Shown in pieces: positions 39,566 through 50,545 of a stretch of DNA of 64,000 nt. The stretch spans positions 4,024 through 68,023 of the forward strand of contig JAZDKW010000010.1 of assembly GCA_043802665.1 (NCBI GenBank), written 5' to 3'. The position numbers and the translations under genes are program-made. The stretch comes from Patescibacteria group bacterium. GTDB lineage: Bacteria > Patescibacteriota > Kazan-3B-28 > UBA10110. Positions within the stretch are counted from its first letter, which is position 1; every line of letters begins with the position of its first letter. Below the pieces are notes generated by a model, which was not told the DNA's origin, did not search any database, and saw only the letters and a list, made by a program, of their open reading frames with translations.

Positions 39566-40941
39566 TAGGTTGCGTGATTAAGATTATTCTGCTGACAAAG
39601 TAAAGCAATAATACCAACACTCAAAAATAGTATAAGCCGCCCTTGTTGTAAAGTCCAAAGATAATGATCAAATGAACCTGTTAGCAAAACTGCTAAATAC
39701 GACACCGCGGCAGTAAAACTAACCAAGTCCTTGCGGATAATAACAAGGCGGATTACTGCCAATGCGGCGATTAAAACCACTAACAAGAACAAAATCCCTC
39801 CTATCCAACCCAATTCTGCTAACGCCATAAGCCAAAGATTATGCACTGGTTGATAATCCCAAACTTGGTGGCTCAAATTGTACACCCAGCCCGGCGAAGT
39901 TTGGTCATAATGCCAACCTACCGCCCCCAAATCTTGTTTTTCTAAATACAACGTGTATTGGCCAATCCCTATCCCTGTAAGGGCGTACTTATCATAAACG
40001 GATTTAAATTGGTCCAACTGTTCTACGCGAGAAACAACTGACTCTCTTTCTAAGGCAATTTGGTCCGTACCAAGACGGGATAATATCGCTGTATATTGAT
40101 TAATCATCACGGCCAAAACTACTCCGCCAGCCAACCAACTCAACCAGCTCCAGCGCCAATGGCGAGAATAAAAGAACTTTCCTACCCCCCAAACAATCAC
40201 CGCCACTCCAACCGCCAACCAAGCCGTACGGGAAAAACTAAACAAAATAGCCGTCGCCCCTGCTACTAATACCGCCCAGACTACCCAACGCCGCCACCAA
40301 GACTTTATTACTATGTACATCATCAATACCCATGGGAAAATAGCGGCTAAATACCCCCCTAAAATATTAGCGTGTGGCAGAGTGCCATGTGCCCGTAGAT
40401 GGCGCGCTCCATCAATCATCACCACTGGAATACCCAATACTGCCGGGTCTAAATCGGATTCTCCTAAAAACTTCCAGCCCAAGGAATGGTTAGCTAAATA
40501 CTGGCTAATGGCTATACCTGCTTGCAAAGCCATCCCCGCTATCAACGGTACGATCACCTCATAAATATGTTCTACCCGATTAACCAAATACAAATAAAAC
40601 AGATAGAACAGAGTGAAATGTGCGGCATTATTGATTCCCACTAGCCAATTGCCCGTGGTAAAACTCGTATACCATACTGACACCCACATCCAGGCAATTA
40701 AACCACTTAGCGACCAGAAAAGAACACGAGGCCCTATTTTAAATTCGGATTTTCCTGGGATTATCAACCAAGTAAGCAACAATGCCCCGATTAAGATATC
40801 CGACAAATAAATACTGATAGAGGCATATTCAAAAAATTCCCCTTGGTGTTCAGCGAATAAAAGCGTATGCCGCAACTGCCACGGTATTGCTACCAAGGTC
40901 AGCCACAACAGATATTTATTTATTCTTGCTAATGAGATCAT
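39565..40941 (-). CDS. O-antigen ligase family membrane protein
   Basis: RAHGTLPHANILGG, SFSRTAW, PVHN...LAELG; start taken at MISLAR. Confidence 0.88.
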   Translation of the reverse strand: MISLARINKYLLWLTLVAIPWQLRHTLLFAEHQGEFFEYASISIYLSDILIGALLLTWLIIPGKSEFKIGPRVLFWSLSGLIAWMWVSVWYTSFTTGNWLVGINNAAHFTLFYLFYLYLVNRVEHIYEVIVPLIAGMALQAGIAISQYLANHSLGWKFLGESDLDPAVLGIPVVMIDGARHLRAHGTLPHANILGGYLAAIFPWVLMMYIVIKSWWRRWVVWAVLVAGATAILFSFSRTAWLAVGVAVIVWGVGKFFYSRHWRWSWLSWLAGGVVLAVMINQYTAILSRLGTDQIALERESVVSRVEQLDQFKSVYDKYALTGIGIGQYTLYLEKQDLGAVGWHYDQTSPGWVYNLSHQVWDYQPVHNLWLMALAELGWIGGILFLLVVLIAALAVIRLVIIRKDLVSFTAAVSYLAVLLTGSFDHYLWTLQQGRLILFLSVGIIALLCQQNNLNHAT

Positions 40942-41827
40942 GAATAGTTTGCTCCACCGCGTCGCGCACCAGGGACCGCCGATCATTAAAGTGCAATTTA
41001 ATTATATCCCGAGTCGTAACCACACTGGGATTTACTCCCAATCTCTTAACATTTTCTTCAATAATCCTGCGCTGTTTATAATAAGCCCAGGTTTCTAATT
41101 GATTGCCTATTTGGTAGACCAAAATCTTTTCTATAATGCGCCGCCACAAAGACGGTCGCAAATAACGATAAACTTTTAATTTTGGACTTCGCCAAGCTAA
41201 AGGCAAGTCCTGGTTAAACCAACTATTATCCGCCCGAAATTGCCGATGTTCCCCGTCCGGCCAAATTGGGACAAGATCAGCTAACCAATACGATAAATAG
41301 TAATCATGCTCTATGGCAAGGTTGTGAATTGACAAGGATTTCTCGCTGATAAAAAACTCTGGCGAGAACTTGGCAAATCGCTTTAAGCTCCGAACACGTA
41401 ATTTTAATAAGTTCAAGATCAGCAACAAAAATAACCGCGCCGTCCAGGTACGACCAGCGGCAGTAATAATTAATAAATCTATATCACTATTGCTATGGGC
41501 ATTGTCGTAAGCTAAAGTATTGCTAACATAGACCTGCTTGATAAACGGTATATAAGAAAACAGTCCCCGCCACTTTTTTACCTGTGACCAGAGCTGATGG
41601 GCCAACACAGCAGAAGTAAATCTATCGCCAGTCATTCCTCGCCAACTTAGCCAGCCAGATTCGGAACGGATCTGCGGAATTTCCTTCAAGCTGGATATTA
41701 ATTCTTCCTCGGTCAAATCCCGCCGCCATAAATACCGCCTAAGCTCTCTTAAAGACAAAGGAAATCTAAACCAACCAAAGAAAATTAACGGCACCAGGAT
41801 TGATTTTTTTACCTCACGACTGATCAT
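40916..41827 (-). CDS. nucleotidyltransferase-like domain protein
   Basis: SNTLA......SDIDLLII motif. Confidence 0.6.
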   Translation of the reverse strand: MISREVKKSILVPLIFFGWFRFPLSLRELRRYLWRRDLTEEELISSLKEIPQIRSESGWLSWRGMTGDRFTSAVLAHQLWSQVKKWRGLFSYIPFIKQVYVSNTLAYDNAHSNSDIDLLIITAAGRTWTARLFLLLILNLLKLRVRSLKRFAKFSPEFFISEKSLSIHNLAIEHDYYLSYWLADLVPIWPDGEHRQFRADNSWFNQDLPLAWRSPKLKVYRYLRPSLWRRIIEKILVYQIGNQLETWAYYKQRRIIEENVKRLGVNPSVVTTRDIIKLHFNDRRSLVRDAVEQTIHDLISKNK

Positions 41828-41903
41828 ATCTCGACAACTTACCTTATAGTATACCTCACTTTCAGGTTACCTCAGGGCCAAAACTGTGCTAATTTAGTGA
41901 TAT

Positions 41904-42887
41904 ATGGAAAAGATAGTTTTTAGCGGCATCCAGCCTTCGGGCATCCTGCATTTGGGCAATTATTTCGGCGCGATCAAACAATGGGTCGCCCTACAAAATG
42001 ATTACCAGTGCTATTTTTGCATTGTTGATCTGCACGCCATTACCGTCACTCAGGATCCCCAGCAACTCCGAGAACAAATTAAGCAGGTGGCTATGGTTTA
42101 TTTGGCGGCAGGGTTAGACCCTAAAAAAGTTACGATGTTCGTTCAGTCCAGCGTACCCGCTCATAGCGAGGGAGCCTGGTTGCTAAACAATGTCGCCTAT
42201 ATGGGCGAGCTGACGCGCATGACTCAATTCAAAGAAAAGAAAGCTGATCAAACCAACGTGTCAGTCGGTCTGTTCGACTACCCTATATTGATGGCGGCTG
42301 ATATCCTACTCTATGATACTAATTTAGTCCCGGTCGGCGAAGACCAGAAACAACACGTGGAATTAGCTCGTGACCTGGCTACGCGGTTTAATGGTCGCTT
42401 CGGTCCGACCTTTACTGTACCCGAACCGCTCCTGCCCAAAATGGGAGCCCGTATTATGGGGTTAGACAACCCCACTATTAAAATGAGTAAGTCTGCCTCC
42501 AGCGAAGCTAACTACATTGCTCTCACTGATACTCCCGATTCAGCCAAGAAAAAAATTATGCGAGCGGTTACCGATTCTGGTAGCAAGATAAAATTCGATC
42601 CTAAGACTAAGCCTGCTATTTCTAACCTGCTAACTATTTATACGCTACTCACTGATAAACCTATTTCTGAATTAGAAAAAAGATATGTCGGCAAGAATTA
42701 CAGCGATTTTAAACAAGACTTGGCCACAGTGGTAGCAGATTTCCTGGCCGATTTTCAAACTAAGCTTGCTAAACAAGATCCTCGCGACGTACAAAACATT
42801 TTAGTGGCTGGGGCTCAAGCCGCCAGCCAAGTTGCTAATCAAAAAATCAGCCTTCTCCACCAAAAAATGGGCTTGGGGATTAAATAA
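41904..42887 (+). CDS. trpS: tryptophan--tRNA ligase
   Basis: SGIQPSG.LHLGNY, YPILMAADIL, VPVGEDQ, KMSKS. Confidence 0.98.
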   Translation: MEKIVFSGIQPSGILHLGNYFGAIKQWVALQNDYQCYFCIVDLHAITVTQDPQQLREQIKQVAMVYLAAGLDPKKVTMFVQSSVPAHSEGAWLLNNVAYMGELTRMTQFKEKKADQTNVSVGLFDYPILMAADILLYDTNLVPVGEDQKQHVELARDLATRFNGRFGPTFTVPEPLLPKMGARIMGLDNPTIKMSKSASSEANYIALTDTPDSAKKKIMRAVTDSGSKIKFDPKTKPAISNLLTIYTLLTDKPISELEKRYVGKNYSDFKQDLATVVADFLADFQTKLAKQDPRDVQNILVAGAQAASQVANQKISLLHQKMGLGIK

Positions 42888-42948
42888 ATTAATAGTATTA
42901 CTTGGTTTTTAATGCCGCCTGGTTTCTTTTGGTCGCCTCATTTTCCAG

Positions 42949-42977
42949 TTGACAAAATACAAAAAATGTAGTATAAT
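42949..42977 (+). promoter_or_regulatory. sigma70 promoter
   Basis: TTGACA-17bp-TATAAT. Confidence 0.8.
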
Positions 42978-43009
42978 AAAAGATAATCCCCCCTTAAAAC
43001 CAAAACAAA

Positions 43010-43705
43010 ATGACCTCTAAGTCCACTAACCAATTCCGACAAGTCGCTTTGGGACTAATCAGCCTTACTATTATTGTATTGGGGTTGGTTTACAACCAAA
43101 CCATCTCCCAATCAAAAGCAGAAATGCCAGGAATTACCAGTAGCACCCCCGTGTTAGATATACCTGTCATTAATAATATTATTAACTCTATTATCAACAA
43201 CCCCTCTATCACTACCAATGTAACCCCAGACACTTCTACCACTCCCGACTTGCCTGATCAAAATGAAATAACCCCCCCCTCTGAGGTTGTTATCCCTCCT
43301 GGCACTACAATTACTCTGCCTGACGCCATTGACCAACTCATAGCATCCTTGGATTGGTTAAATCAATTTATTGTTACGCCTTATATTGTTACTTTTGCTC
43401 AGAGCACCTTAGAGATTGCTTTGCCCGAACAACCAAATCTTAGTTTGCCAACAGAACCAACAACCGGCGGGGATTTGCCTTCCGTCGCCCCCACTTCCCC
43501 TGCTCCTGCTGTCTCTATCCCCACATCATCGCCCACCACTTCGGAGGTACCTTCTAATGAAGTTTTGGAGATAATTAAACGCATCACTGGATATGCTCAA
43601 TGGGAGGAGTTCCGTGACAACTTCCGTGAAGCTCAACAAAAATATGCCGGCACCGGGAAATGCATGATTGAGGTTAAAGGATTCGGCTGTTTGGTAACTT
43701 GGTAA
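43010..43705 (+). CDS. membrane-anchored Pro/Thr-rich hypothetical protein
   Basis: N-terminal TM, low-complexity stalk, C-terminal Cys pair. Confidence 0.7.
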   Translation: MTSKSTNQFRQVALGLISLTIIVLGLVYNQTISQSKAEMPGITSSTPVLDIPVINNIINSIINNPSITTNVTPDTSTTPDLPDQNEITPPSEVVIPPGTTITLPDAIDQLIASLDWLNQFIVTPYIVTFAQSTLEIALPEQPNLSLPTEPTTGGDLPSVAPTSPAPAVSIPTSSPTTSEVPSNEVLEIIKRITGYAQWEEFRDNFREAQQKYAGTGKCMIEVKGFGCLVTW

Positions 43706-43711
43706 ATCAAG

Positions 43712-44419
43712 TTACGCCTTAGCTAAAACTAAGCCCCAGACCTCACGGGCTCCTTTGGTTTTGAGTACTTTAGCACATTCGTTCAGAGTTGCCCCTGTGG
43801 TGATGACATCATCCACTAATAATATAGTTTGGCCGACCACATCATTGGAGTACCGCGCCAACACGTCAAAAGCTCCTGCCAAGTTATCCTGGCGAGCTGA
43901 ACGCCCCAAGCCAAACTGCGGCCGAGTGGATTTTTTTCGAACCAAGAATCGTTTTAGCGGCAAGTTTAATTGACTGGCAACCTCTTGAGCTAATAAATCG
44001 GATTGGTTAAATCCTCTATCCCACAATCTCCCTCGATGCAGAGGCACTGGAAGCACTAATATAGCTTTATCTACTCCGGCCAAGCGAGCATTATTCGCTA
44101 AAAGCTGGCCTAAACTTTTGGCAATGGGCTTAGCTCGATAATATTTTAACCCATAAATGAGCTGTTTGAGCGGTGACTGCCAATAACCACAAACAATAAC
44201 CCGACTCAAAGACAAATTATGCCGGCAGGTCGGACAAATTTTAAACCCATCCGATAAGCGTCGGCACCGATAGCAAATCGGGGTAATAATTAATTCGATT
44301 TTGTTCCAACACTCCGGGCAAACCCAATTACCAAAGCGCTGGCAATGTAAGCACCGAGGCGGAAAAATAAGATCCCAGAATCTATCGATTATCGCCGGTT
44401 GATTAGCTGACTCCGACAT
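43712..44419 (-). CDS. comF: ComF family competence protein
   Basis: Double zinc ribbon, RGFNQS, LLVDDVITTGAT. Confidence 0.93.
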   Translation of the reverse strand: MSESANQPAIIDRFWDLIFPPRCLHCQRFGNWVCPECWNKIELIITPICYRCRRLSDGFKICPTCRHNLSLSRVIVCGYWQSPLKQLIYGLKYYRAKPIAKSLGQLLANNARLAGVDKAILVLPVPLHRGRLWDRGFNQSDLLAQEVASQLNLPLKRFLVRKKSTRPQFGLGRSARQDNLAGAFDVLARYSNDVVGQTILLVDDVITTGATLNECAKVLKTKGAREVWGLVLAKA

Positions 44420-46757
44420 TTACCCCTGTATAAAAATACTTCAGAATTTGGTCATAAGTTTGGCCCTGGCTCGCCATATTATAAGCACTCCATTGCGGTA
44501 AACCAACACCATGCCCCCAGCCTTTGCCAGTAGCCAAAAACGTAGGAGCATAATCCATTCCCGATTTAGTAATCGTTAAATTGGCACTCTTAACGTAACC
44601 CGTATCAATTAGAGCCTCAAACGTGGCCGTACTAATTGAAGTTTGCTTACCAGTACTTGTCACAATGGTCAGAGTCTTTAATCTTCCGGAAGGATATCTC
44701 TCGTTAATTAAAAGATCGGTGATGGTTTCGGAAACGGCGCCAATTTTGTTGAGAGTCCCCCCAAAAACATCGCGCAGATAGCTTTGGCTCAAAGTAGCCT
44801 CCCAAGTAATCGGTTTGGCATAAGGATCAGAAACTCCTTTCAAATATGGAAGAGCTTTAGCAGGGTTGCCATTGCTCCAAGCATTCTCAACATTCTCGGT
44901 GGACCCACCGCTATCCGAGAAATAATAGGCCGAGATCGGTTCACCATTATAAGTAATGATGACTCCGGGCGTGGCCGCGACAGCCTCAGCGATGCCAGGA
45001 CGATTAATTTCATAAGTATAACCGTAGTACACCTGATCGCGAGTATCGTCGTAAAGATGGAAAATGTCGGCTCGCGAATCGCGCATCCGCCGCGCGGCAA
45101 AGGTGCGAGCGGCCACCACTTGAGCTTTGCGCGCTTCCAGCGGCCAACTATCCGGAACCTCGGCTAAACCTTTAAGATAATCTTCTAATTCCAGCTCGTT
45201 TACCATCCAAACGTTATTACTCCAAGATGAGCGGCGAATAGTGACCACTCCCCGAAACCGATCATACTGATTACTTACCTTTTCATTGGTTACTTCAATA
45301 ATAGAATTGCGCAAAGGAATAAAGCGCACCCAATCGCTGACATCGTAAACCGCTCCGCCTACATTAATAATATAGCCGCCTGAACGGGGGGTTACCGTAG
45401 CACTGGTGCCAGCATTAATCCGCACCACCAAAGTTTTATCTGTTCCTCGCCGCACTACCATACCATTATTACTTTGTATGCTGATGTTAGTGGTAGTGGA
45501 ACTTAACCCTACCTGAATCGGATTTTTTAGCACCAGCTCCTCGCTTACAGTAATGTCCCAATAGATACCTATATCGGTGAACCATGTAACTTGCTCAGCT
45601 ACTAACCGGAAATATTCTTTATGCTGACCGATTTGATCCGGAGCTTTAATAGTGAAGCTAAAGCGGCCAATCTCGCCAGGATTAACCACCTTATCAGATA
45701 CTGCCGCACGATTGGGACTCAACCAGGTTGAACTATAAAAATCGCTGGCTCGATCCAAAGTTCGAGCTGTACCCAACTTAACGGCCCTGTCCCCAGTAAT
45801 GGGCCAAACCGTGTTGCCATCATTGCGTAAATCTACCCAGATAGTGGTCTCTTCACCTGGAGTAACAATTGAACTTTCAGACTGATTAACCCAACTCATT
45901 TTGTAGATTGCTGGTTGTACGGTAATAGCCAAAGTAAATTGGGTTGAATCAATCCAAGCCATTCCCTCGGCCACCAAAGAAAACTTTTCCTGATATACTC
46001 CGGTTTTATTCGGTGCGGCAATGGTAAAATCGAACGTCGCTGTTCCCCCCACTGCCGTTGGTGCAGCCGCTACAGCTACCCGATTAGCACTGAGCCAAGT
46101 CGTATTATAAAAACTACTGGAACGATCATAAAGACCAGCTGTGCCAAGTTTTACGGCTTGCGCTCCTGCATTGCTCCATGCAATTTCACTGTTATTAGTA
46201 ACTTTTACACTAACTGTCTTACTTTCTCCGGTTTTAAGAACAATAGCAGGAGGAGTTTCTACTAAAGTACCAGCAAACTTAACAGGCAAAATATTAACTT
46301 CTACATAAAATTTAAATTCATCGAACCAAGCCACGTTTTCGGCCACCAAACTAAAATATTCGCGGTACTTCCCCGCCGGCCCTCCGGCAGTGATCTGGAA
46401 AACAAAATGACCTGTTTCTCCTGGTGCTACTTGTTCCGCAACAGCAGAAGCAATGCGATTTTCGCTTAACCAAGAACTGTGATAAAAATTGCTTTGCCGG
46501 TCACGTGGGTTGATAGTAGCGATTTTAACCGCCTGGTTACCATTATTAAGCCAAGCCGCTGTACCTGTATTTTGGATATCCACCCAAACTTCGGTGCTTT
46601 CGCCTTGTTTTAGCGACACCCCCTCTAATTGATTAATCCATTTAGCCGCATAAGCTGAACCGGCCAGAACATTCGGGCATGGCAAAAGAGAGCCGCCAAA
46701 TAATAAAACTGCTCCTGCCACCATAACCAACCGTTGATAGAATCTAACTCTTTTCAC
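44403..46757 (-). CDS. SpoIID/LytB peptidoglycan lytic enzyme with three NBR1-like Ig modules
   Basis: LEDYLKGLAEVP..W..EA.KAQVVAART, GWGHGVG..QW; three NTG..W...LGT..DR.S.F repeats. Confidence 0.9.
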   Translation of the reverse strand: MKRVRFYQRLVMVAGAVLLFGGSLLPCPNVLAGSAYAAKWINQLEGVSLKQGESTEVWVDIQNTGTAAWLNNGNQAVKIATINPRDRQSNFYHSSWLSENRIASAVAEQVAPGETGHFVFQITAGGPAGKYREYFSLVAENVAWFDEFKFYVEVNILPVKFAGTLVETPPAIVLKTGESKTVSVKVTNNSEIAWSNAGAQAVKLGTAGLYDRSSSFYNTTWLSANRVAVAAAPTAVGGTATFDFTIAAPNKTGVYQEKFSLVAEGMAWIDSTQFTLAITVQPAIYKMSWVNQSESSIVTPGEETTIWVDLRNDGNTVWPITGDRAVKLGTARTLDRASDFYSSTWLSPNRAAVSDKVVNPGEIGRFSFTIKAPDQIGQHKEYFRLVAEQVTWFTDIGIYWDITVSEELVLKNPIQVGLSSTTTNISIQSNNGMVVRRGTDKTLVVRINAGTSATVTPRSGGYIINVGGAVYDVSDWVRFIPLRNSIIEVTNEKVSNQYDRFRGVVTIRRSSWSNNVWMVNELELEDYLKGLAEVPDSWPLEARKAQVVAARTFAARRMRDSRADIFHLYDDTRDQVYYGYTYEINRPGIAEAVAATPGVIITYNGEPISAYYFSDSGGSTENVENAWSNGNPAKALPYLKGVSDPYAKPITWEATLSQSYLRDVFGGTLNKIGAVSETITDLLINERYPSGRLKTLTIVTSTGKQTSISTATFEALIDTGYVKSANLTITKSGMDYAPTFLATGKGWGHGVGLPQWSAYNMASQGQTYDQILKYFYTGVNVGVS

Positions 46758-46841
46758 AGTACCAATATTATACTAACAACTGCCATCATTACCAAAATAA
46801 GGCCCGCTTAAGTTATAATTTAGACAGGAGCACATAGATTT

Positions 46842-47252
46842 ATGCGACACATCTATCGTCAACAACATTCTTTTTCTCCCACCAATGAAATTCATCCCGA
46901 AACGGATGACTTAGTTTGGAACGAAGAATCACAAATGGAGCTACCAGTAGATATTGCTCGTCAAGCTGACCATCTAATCATTAAGGCACCATTAGTGGGG
47001 GCAAAAAACAGTGATGTCAACATCACCGTAAACAACGATATCCTTTATATTCACAAAACTGGTTCCCCGCCCGAAGAAAAATTAGACAACTATTATGTCA
47101 AGGAGTGTCATTGGGGGCCAATCGCTCGAGAAGTGCAATTGCCTGTTTCCGTTGACCCCAGTGGAGCGCGTGCTTCTCTGCAGGAAGGAATTCTAACTAT
47201 CATCCTTCCTATTATTAATAATCGAAAAACACGGATCATTAAAATCCGCTGA
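46842..47252 (+). CDS. Hsp20/alpha-crystallin family protein
   Basis: LPVDI, ECHWG...R...LP..VD...A.L..GILTI.LP. Confidence 0.88.
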   Translation: MRHIYRQQHSFSPTNEIHPETDDLVWNEESQMELPVDIARQADHLIIKAPLVGAKNSDVNITVNNDILYIHKTGSPPEEKLDNYYVKECHWGPIAREVQLPVSVDPSGARASLQEGILTIILPIINNRKTRIIKIR

Positions 47253-47350
47253 TTCTTTTGGTCTGCCTGCTCAGTATCATAAATGATATACTACAGGTGA
47301 TCTACCTATATTAATATCTTGTCATAATTTTTATAAATGATACGCCATCT

Positions 47351-48715
47351 ATGAATAATTTTAAGTCACATTTACTTCTGTCTTTAATGGCAATTTTACT
47401 GCTCAGCTCTGCCAGTTGTAGCCGATCCGGTTCTCCTGATACCGGGGACGGAGGCACCGTTACCTACCCCAAAGAAGAGATCACTTTGGAATACTACCGC
47501 CTTTGGGATGATGACACTGCTTTGGATGAAATTATCAAAGAATACACCCGGGAACACAAAAATGTGCACATCTCGGTCCATAATATTGCTATGCCAGAAG
47601 GAAAAACTATTTATGACTATCAAAGAGACATCATCAAACAAATCGCTGATGGCGAAGGACCGGATATGTTTATGATCCACAACGATTGGCTACCTTATCA
47701 GATCAACCAAATTTCTCCCCTCCCCAGTAGCATTATGACTTTGGATTCTTACAAACAAAAATATCCCGAGGTGGTTGTTGATGATTTTGTGGCTAACAGC
47801 AAGATTTATGCGGTTCCTTATTATATAGATAACCTGATGTTGTTTTATAACACCGATCTGTTTAGCGATGCCCGCGTCCCCCGCGAAAAAACTCCGCCCA
47901 AGACTTGGAGCGATTTAGTAGATATCGTCCCGGCCCTCACTAAATACGACGCCAACCACAATATCGTCCAATCTGCGATTACTTTAGGAACAGACGATCA
48001 GTGGATTCCCCGTTTTGCCGAAATTCTCGCCACATTGATTATGCAATACGGCGGGACAATGACCACCACCGATCATACTAAAGCCACTTTCGATCTACCG
48101 GTTAACGCCGCTACTCCCTACTACCCGGGTGAAAATGCCTTGAAATTCTACACCGATTTTGCCAACCCCAGTTCACCTCTGTACACCTACTCGGATGCTA
48201 CTGACCCCAGCGGAAAAGCAAAGTTTCCCGGAGACATCCAAGCTTTTATGGAGGGCAAATCGGCTATGTTAATTGGTTACTCTTATCAGGTTAACAACAT
48301 CAAAAAATATTCCGGCGGAGCAGTTCACTTTGCTACCGCTAAACTGCCTCAATGGCGCCCAGAAGAACCAGTAGTTGTTGCCAATTATTGGGGCGAAACT
48401 GTGTCCAAAAATTGCAAATATCCCAATGTGGCCTGGGACTTTATCAACTATGTTTCCCTTAAATCCAATGTCCGTTCCTACCTGAACAATACCGGACATG
48501 TGCCTGCCACTAAAGAGCTCACCGAAACTTACCTAAATAAAAGCTATTTGGCTCCCATCGCCAGCCAAATTAAGTTCAGCAAATCCTGGTACCGAAGCAA
48601 TACTGCCGAAGTAGAAAAAATCTTCGCCAATATGGTGAATAATGTTTTGCATCAAGGCATCCCTGCCAAGACGGCGATTGATGTGGCTGTGCAAGAAATC
48701 AATGCTTTAATTTAA
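47351..48715 (+). CDS. extracellular solute-binding lipoprotein (sugar-type ABC family)
   Basis: Lipobox ASC, GPDMF..HNDW, LFYNTDLF, PPKTW, AWDFI. Confidence 0.88.
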   Translation: MNNFKSHLLLSLMAILLLSSASCSRSGSPDTGDGGTVTYPKEEITLEYYRLWDDDTALDEIIKEYTREHKNVHISVHNIAMPEGKTIYDYQRDIIKQIADGEGPDMFMIHNDWLPYQINQISPLPSSIMTLDSYKQKYPEVVVDDFVANSKIYAVPYYIDNLMLFYNTDLFSDARVPREKTPPKTWSDLVDIVPALTKYDANHNIVQSAITLGTDDQWIPRFAEILATLIMQYGGTMTTTDHTKATFDLPVNAATPYYPGENALKFYTDFANPSSPLYTYSDATDPSGKAKFPGDIQAFMEGKSAMLIGYSYQVNNIKKYSGGAVHFATAKLPQWRPEEPVVVANYWGETVSKNCKYPNVAWDFINYVSLKSNVRSYLNNTGHVPATKELTETYLNKSYLAPIASQIKFSKSWYRSNTAEVEKIFANMVNNVLHQGIPAKTAIDVAVQEINALI

Positions 48716-48730
48716 TAACGCGAAAATATT

Positions 48731-49009
48731 ATGACTGGCTCTGGTTGTGGTACTGACCAAATTTGTTTATTGGTAGAAAACATCAAGGCTGGTTTGGTCA
48801 ACACATATCATTACGCTATGCCAATCGTGGCAATTCTCTTAGTGATTATTGTCATCTGGGCGGGTATTCAATACATCACTGGTGGCCCTAAAGGAGCTGA
48901 GACTGCTAAAAAAACTATTATAGCCGCTGTTATTGGAGCCTTGATTATTATTTTGTCCAAAGTAATTTTGGACCAGGTCGTTGGCTTCATCAACCCGCCA
49001 ACACCATAA
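48731..49009 (+). CDS. VirB2/TrbC-like pilin
   Basis: Two TM segments around GIQYITGG...AKKTI..AVIG. Confidence 0.8.
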   Translation: MTGSGCGTDQICLLVENIKAGLVNTYHYAMPIVAILLVIIVIWAGIQYITGGPKGAETAKKTIIAAVIGALIIILSKVILDQVVGFINPPTP

Positions 49010-49110
49010 AAATTATTCCATTATCTTCCAACATTCTGATTTTAATTGCGTAGTAAATAACAAATATTGTATAATTAAAAAGATATACATAATAAAATTA
49101 TGAGGAAACT

Positions 49111-49458
49111 ATGAAAAAGTTTTATCAGCGCGCTATAACTACCGTAGCAGGTTCTATTTATGCCGTGTTTGCCCTAACTCCCTTCGCCCATGCAGACCTA
49201 CAGGTACCAGATGTAAACCAGTATACAGGATCCTTGGATATATTAGGAATCATTGGAAACGTGGGTACTTGGATGATGGGACTGGCAGGTGTTTTGGCTG
49301 TAGTGTATCTCATCTATGGAGGTATTGTTTATATCACCGGCGGTGCCAAGGCGGCAGAAAGTGCCAAAACTATCATTATTAACTCTATTATCGGGTTGGT
49401 GGTGATTGCATTGTCTTATGTTATATTCACGACTGTATTCGAAGTGCTTGAAATTTAG
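49111..49458 (+). CDS. VirB2/TrbC-like pilin
   Basis: Signal peptide (AHA), GGIVYITGG...AKTII.NSIIGL. Confidence 0.82.
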   Translation: MKKFYQRAITTVAGSIYAVFALTPFAHADLQVPDVNQYTGSLDILGIIGNVGTWMMGLAGVLAVVYLIYGGIVYITGGAKAAESAKTIIINSIIGLVVIALSYVIFTTVFEVLEI

Positions 49459-49476
49459 AATCAATTCGCAATTTAA

Positions 49477-49510
49477 TAATAAAAAACCTCCCAAGGGAGG
49501 TTTTTTATTA
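49477..49510. terminator. bidirectional intrinsic terminator
   Basis: taataaaaaacctccc-aa-gggaggttttttatta. Confidence 0.75.
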
Positions 49511-49582
49511 CCCCCTTCCCAGGGTTCAAATCCTTATATGGTAAAGAGAAATAGCAACTTCAAAATGAAGTTGCTATTTCTC

Positions 49583-49658
49583 TGGCGCGCCCGAGAGGAT
49601 TTGAACCCCTGACCTTTCGGTCCGTAGCCGAACGCTCTATCCCCTGAGCTACGGGCGC
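49583..49658 (-). tRNA. tRNA-Arg(ACG)
   Basis: GCGCCCG...TTCGG-CTACGGA-CCGAA...GGTTCAAATCC...CGGGCGCGCCA. Confidence 0.95.
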
Positions 49659-49784
49659 ACTATGTTTCTACTGATAATAGAATACTATATTAGATACGGA
49701 TACTGAACCACGATAAATAATCTGATAGTCCTCCGTAGCTCTATTAAGAGCGAAGGACGGGCGGGCGCATCGCTTTAGTATATC

Positions 49785-50348
49785 CTATACTTTGAGAAAA
49801 CGGTTAATTCGATCAATCCAATCTTCGTCTTGACGATTTACTTCCGGAACAAACTGACTAAGCGCCTGGCGCAAAGAGGAAAGGTCTTGGGCATTAATTA
49901 ATATAGTGATGACGGGCATCAGACGAAAAGTGGAGATAACATTTAAATAGTTTTTGCCAGATTTATTATGAAACCAAAAACCTTTTAACTGTTCGAACGT
50001 CAATGTTCGCTCGTTGATATGTAGCCCTGCACTATCCAGCCGGTACTGCATCCGACGAGGTTTCAGCCGACCCGAAATTAATAATAACCCAGCTACGACT
50101 ACTGCCATCGCTAATAAAATCCACTGTCGCGCGTACCAACTATAGCCACCTACCACTAAAAAGGCGGCGATAAGAATAGTGTACCAACGCCAATCTCGCC
50201 GGTGCACTTCGAACTCTTCTGCCTGCCAAACTATCGGCTCAAAAGTAGATTGAGGAACTATTGGTTGCTCGGGTTGTTCTATCGGCTCTTGCGATAATTG
50301 TTCCTGTTGCTCCTGCGGCTCTTGTAATGGTTGTTCTTGTTCATCCAT
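49785..50348 (-). CDS. conserved CPR-type two-TM membrane protein
   Basis: W.A.EF...R..RWY, two TM segments, PH-like soluble domain; start taken at MDEQE. Confidence 0.7.
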   Translation of the reverse strand: MDEQEQPLQEPQEQQEQLSQEPIEQPEQPIVPQSTFEPIVWQAEEFEVHRRDWRWYTILIAAFLVVGGYSWYARQWILLAMAVVVAGLLLISGRLKPRRMQYRLDSAGLHINERTLTFEQLKGFWFHNKSGKNYLNVISTFRLMPVITILINAQDLSSLRQALSQFVPEVNRQDEDWIDRINRFLKV

Positions 50349-50545
50349 AAGTAAATACTCCCTTAAAAATAACACCTGCCCCTGGTCTGATTATATGGCA
50401 TATCCAGGGAATACTAAAGAGTACTCGGGATCCAACCCATCCCTAAGCAATTTCAGCCTAAGCATTGTGATTTCGAATAAACCTTGCTCTGGGACACAAT
50501 TTCTGCTATATTCCGTTTGTCATATCGCGATCCCATACATCAGGT

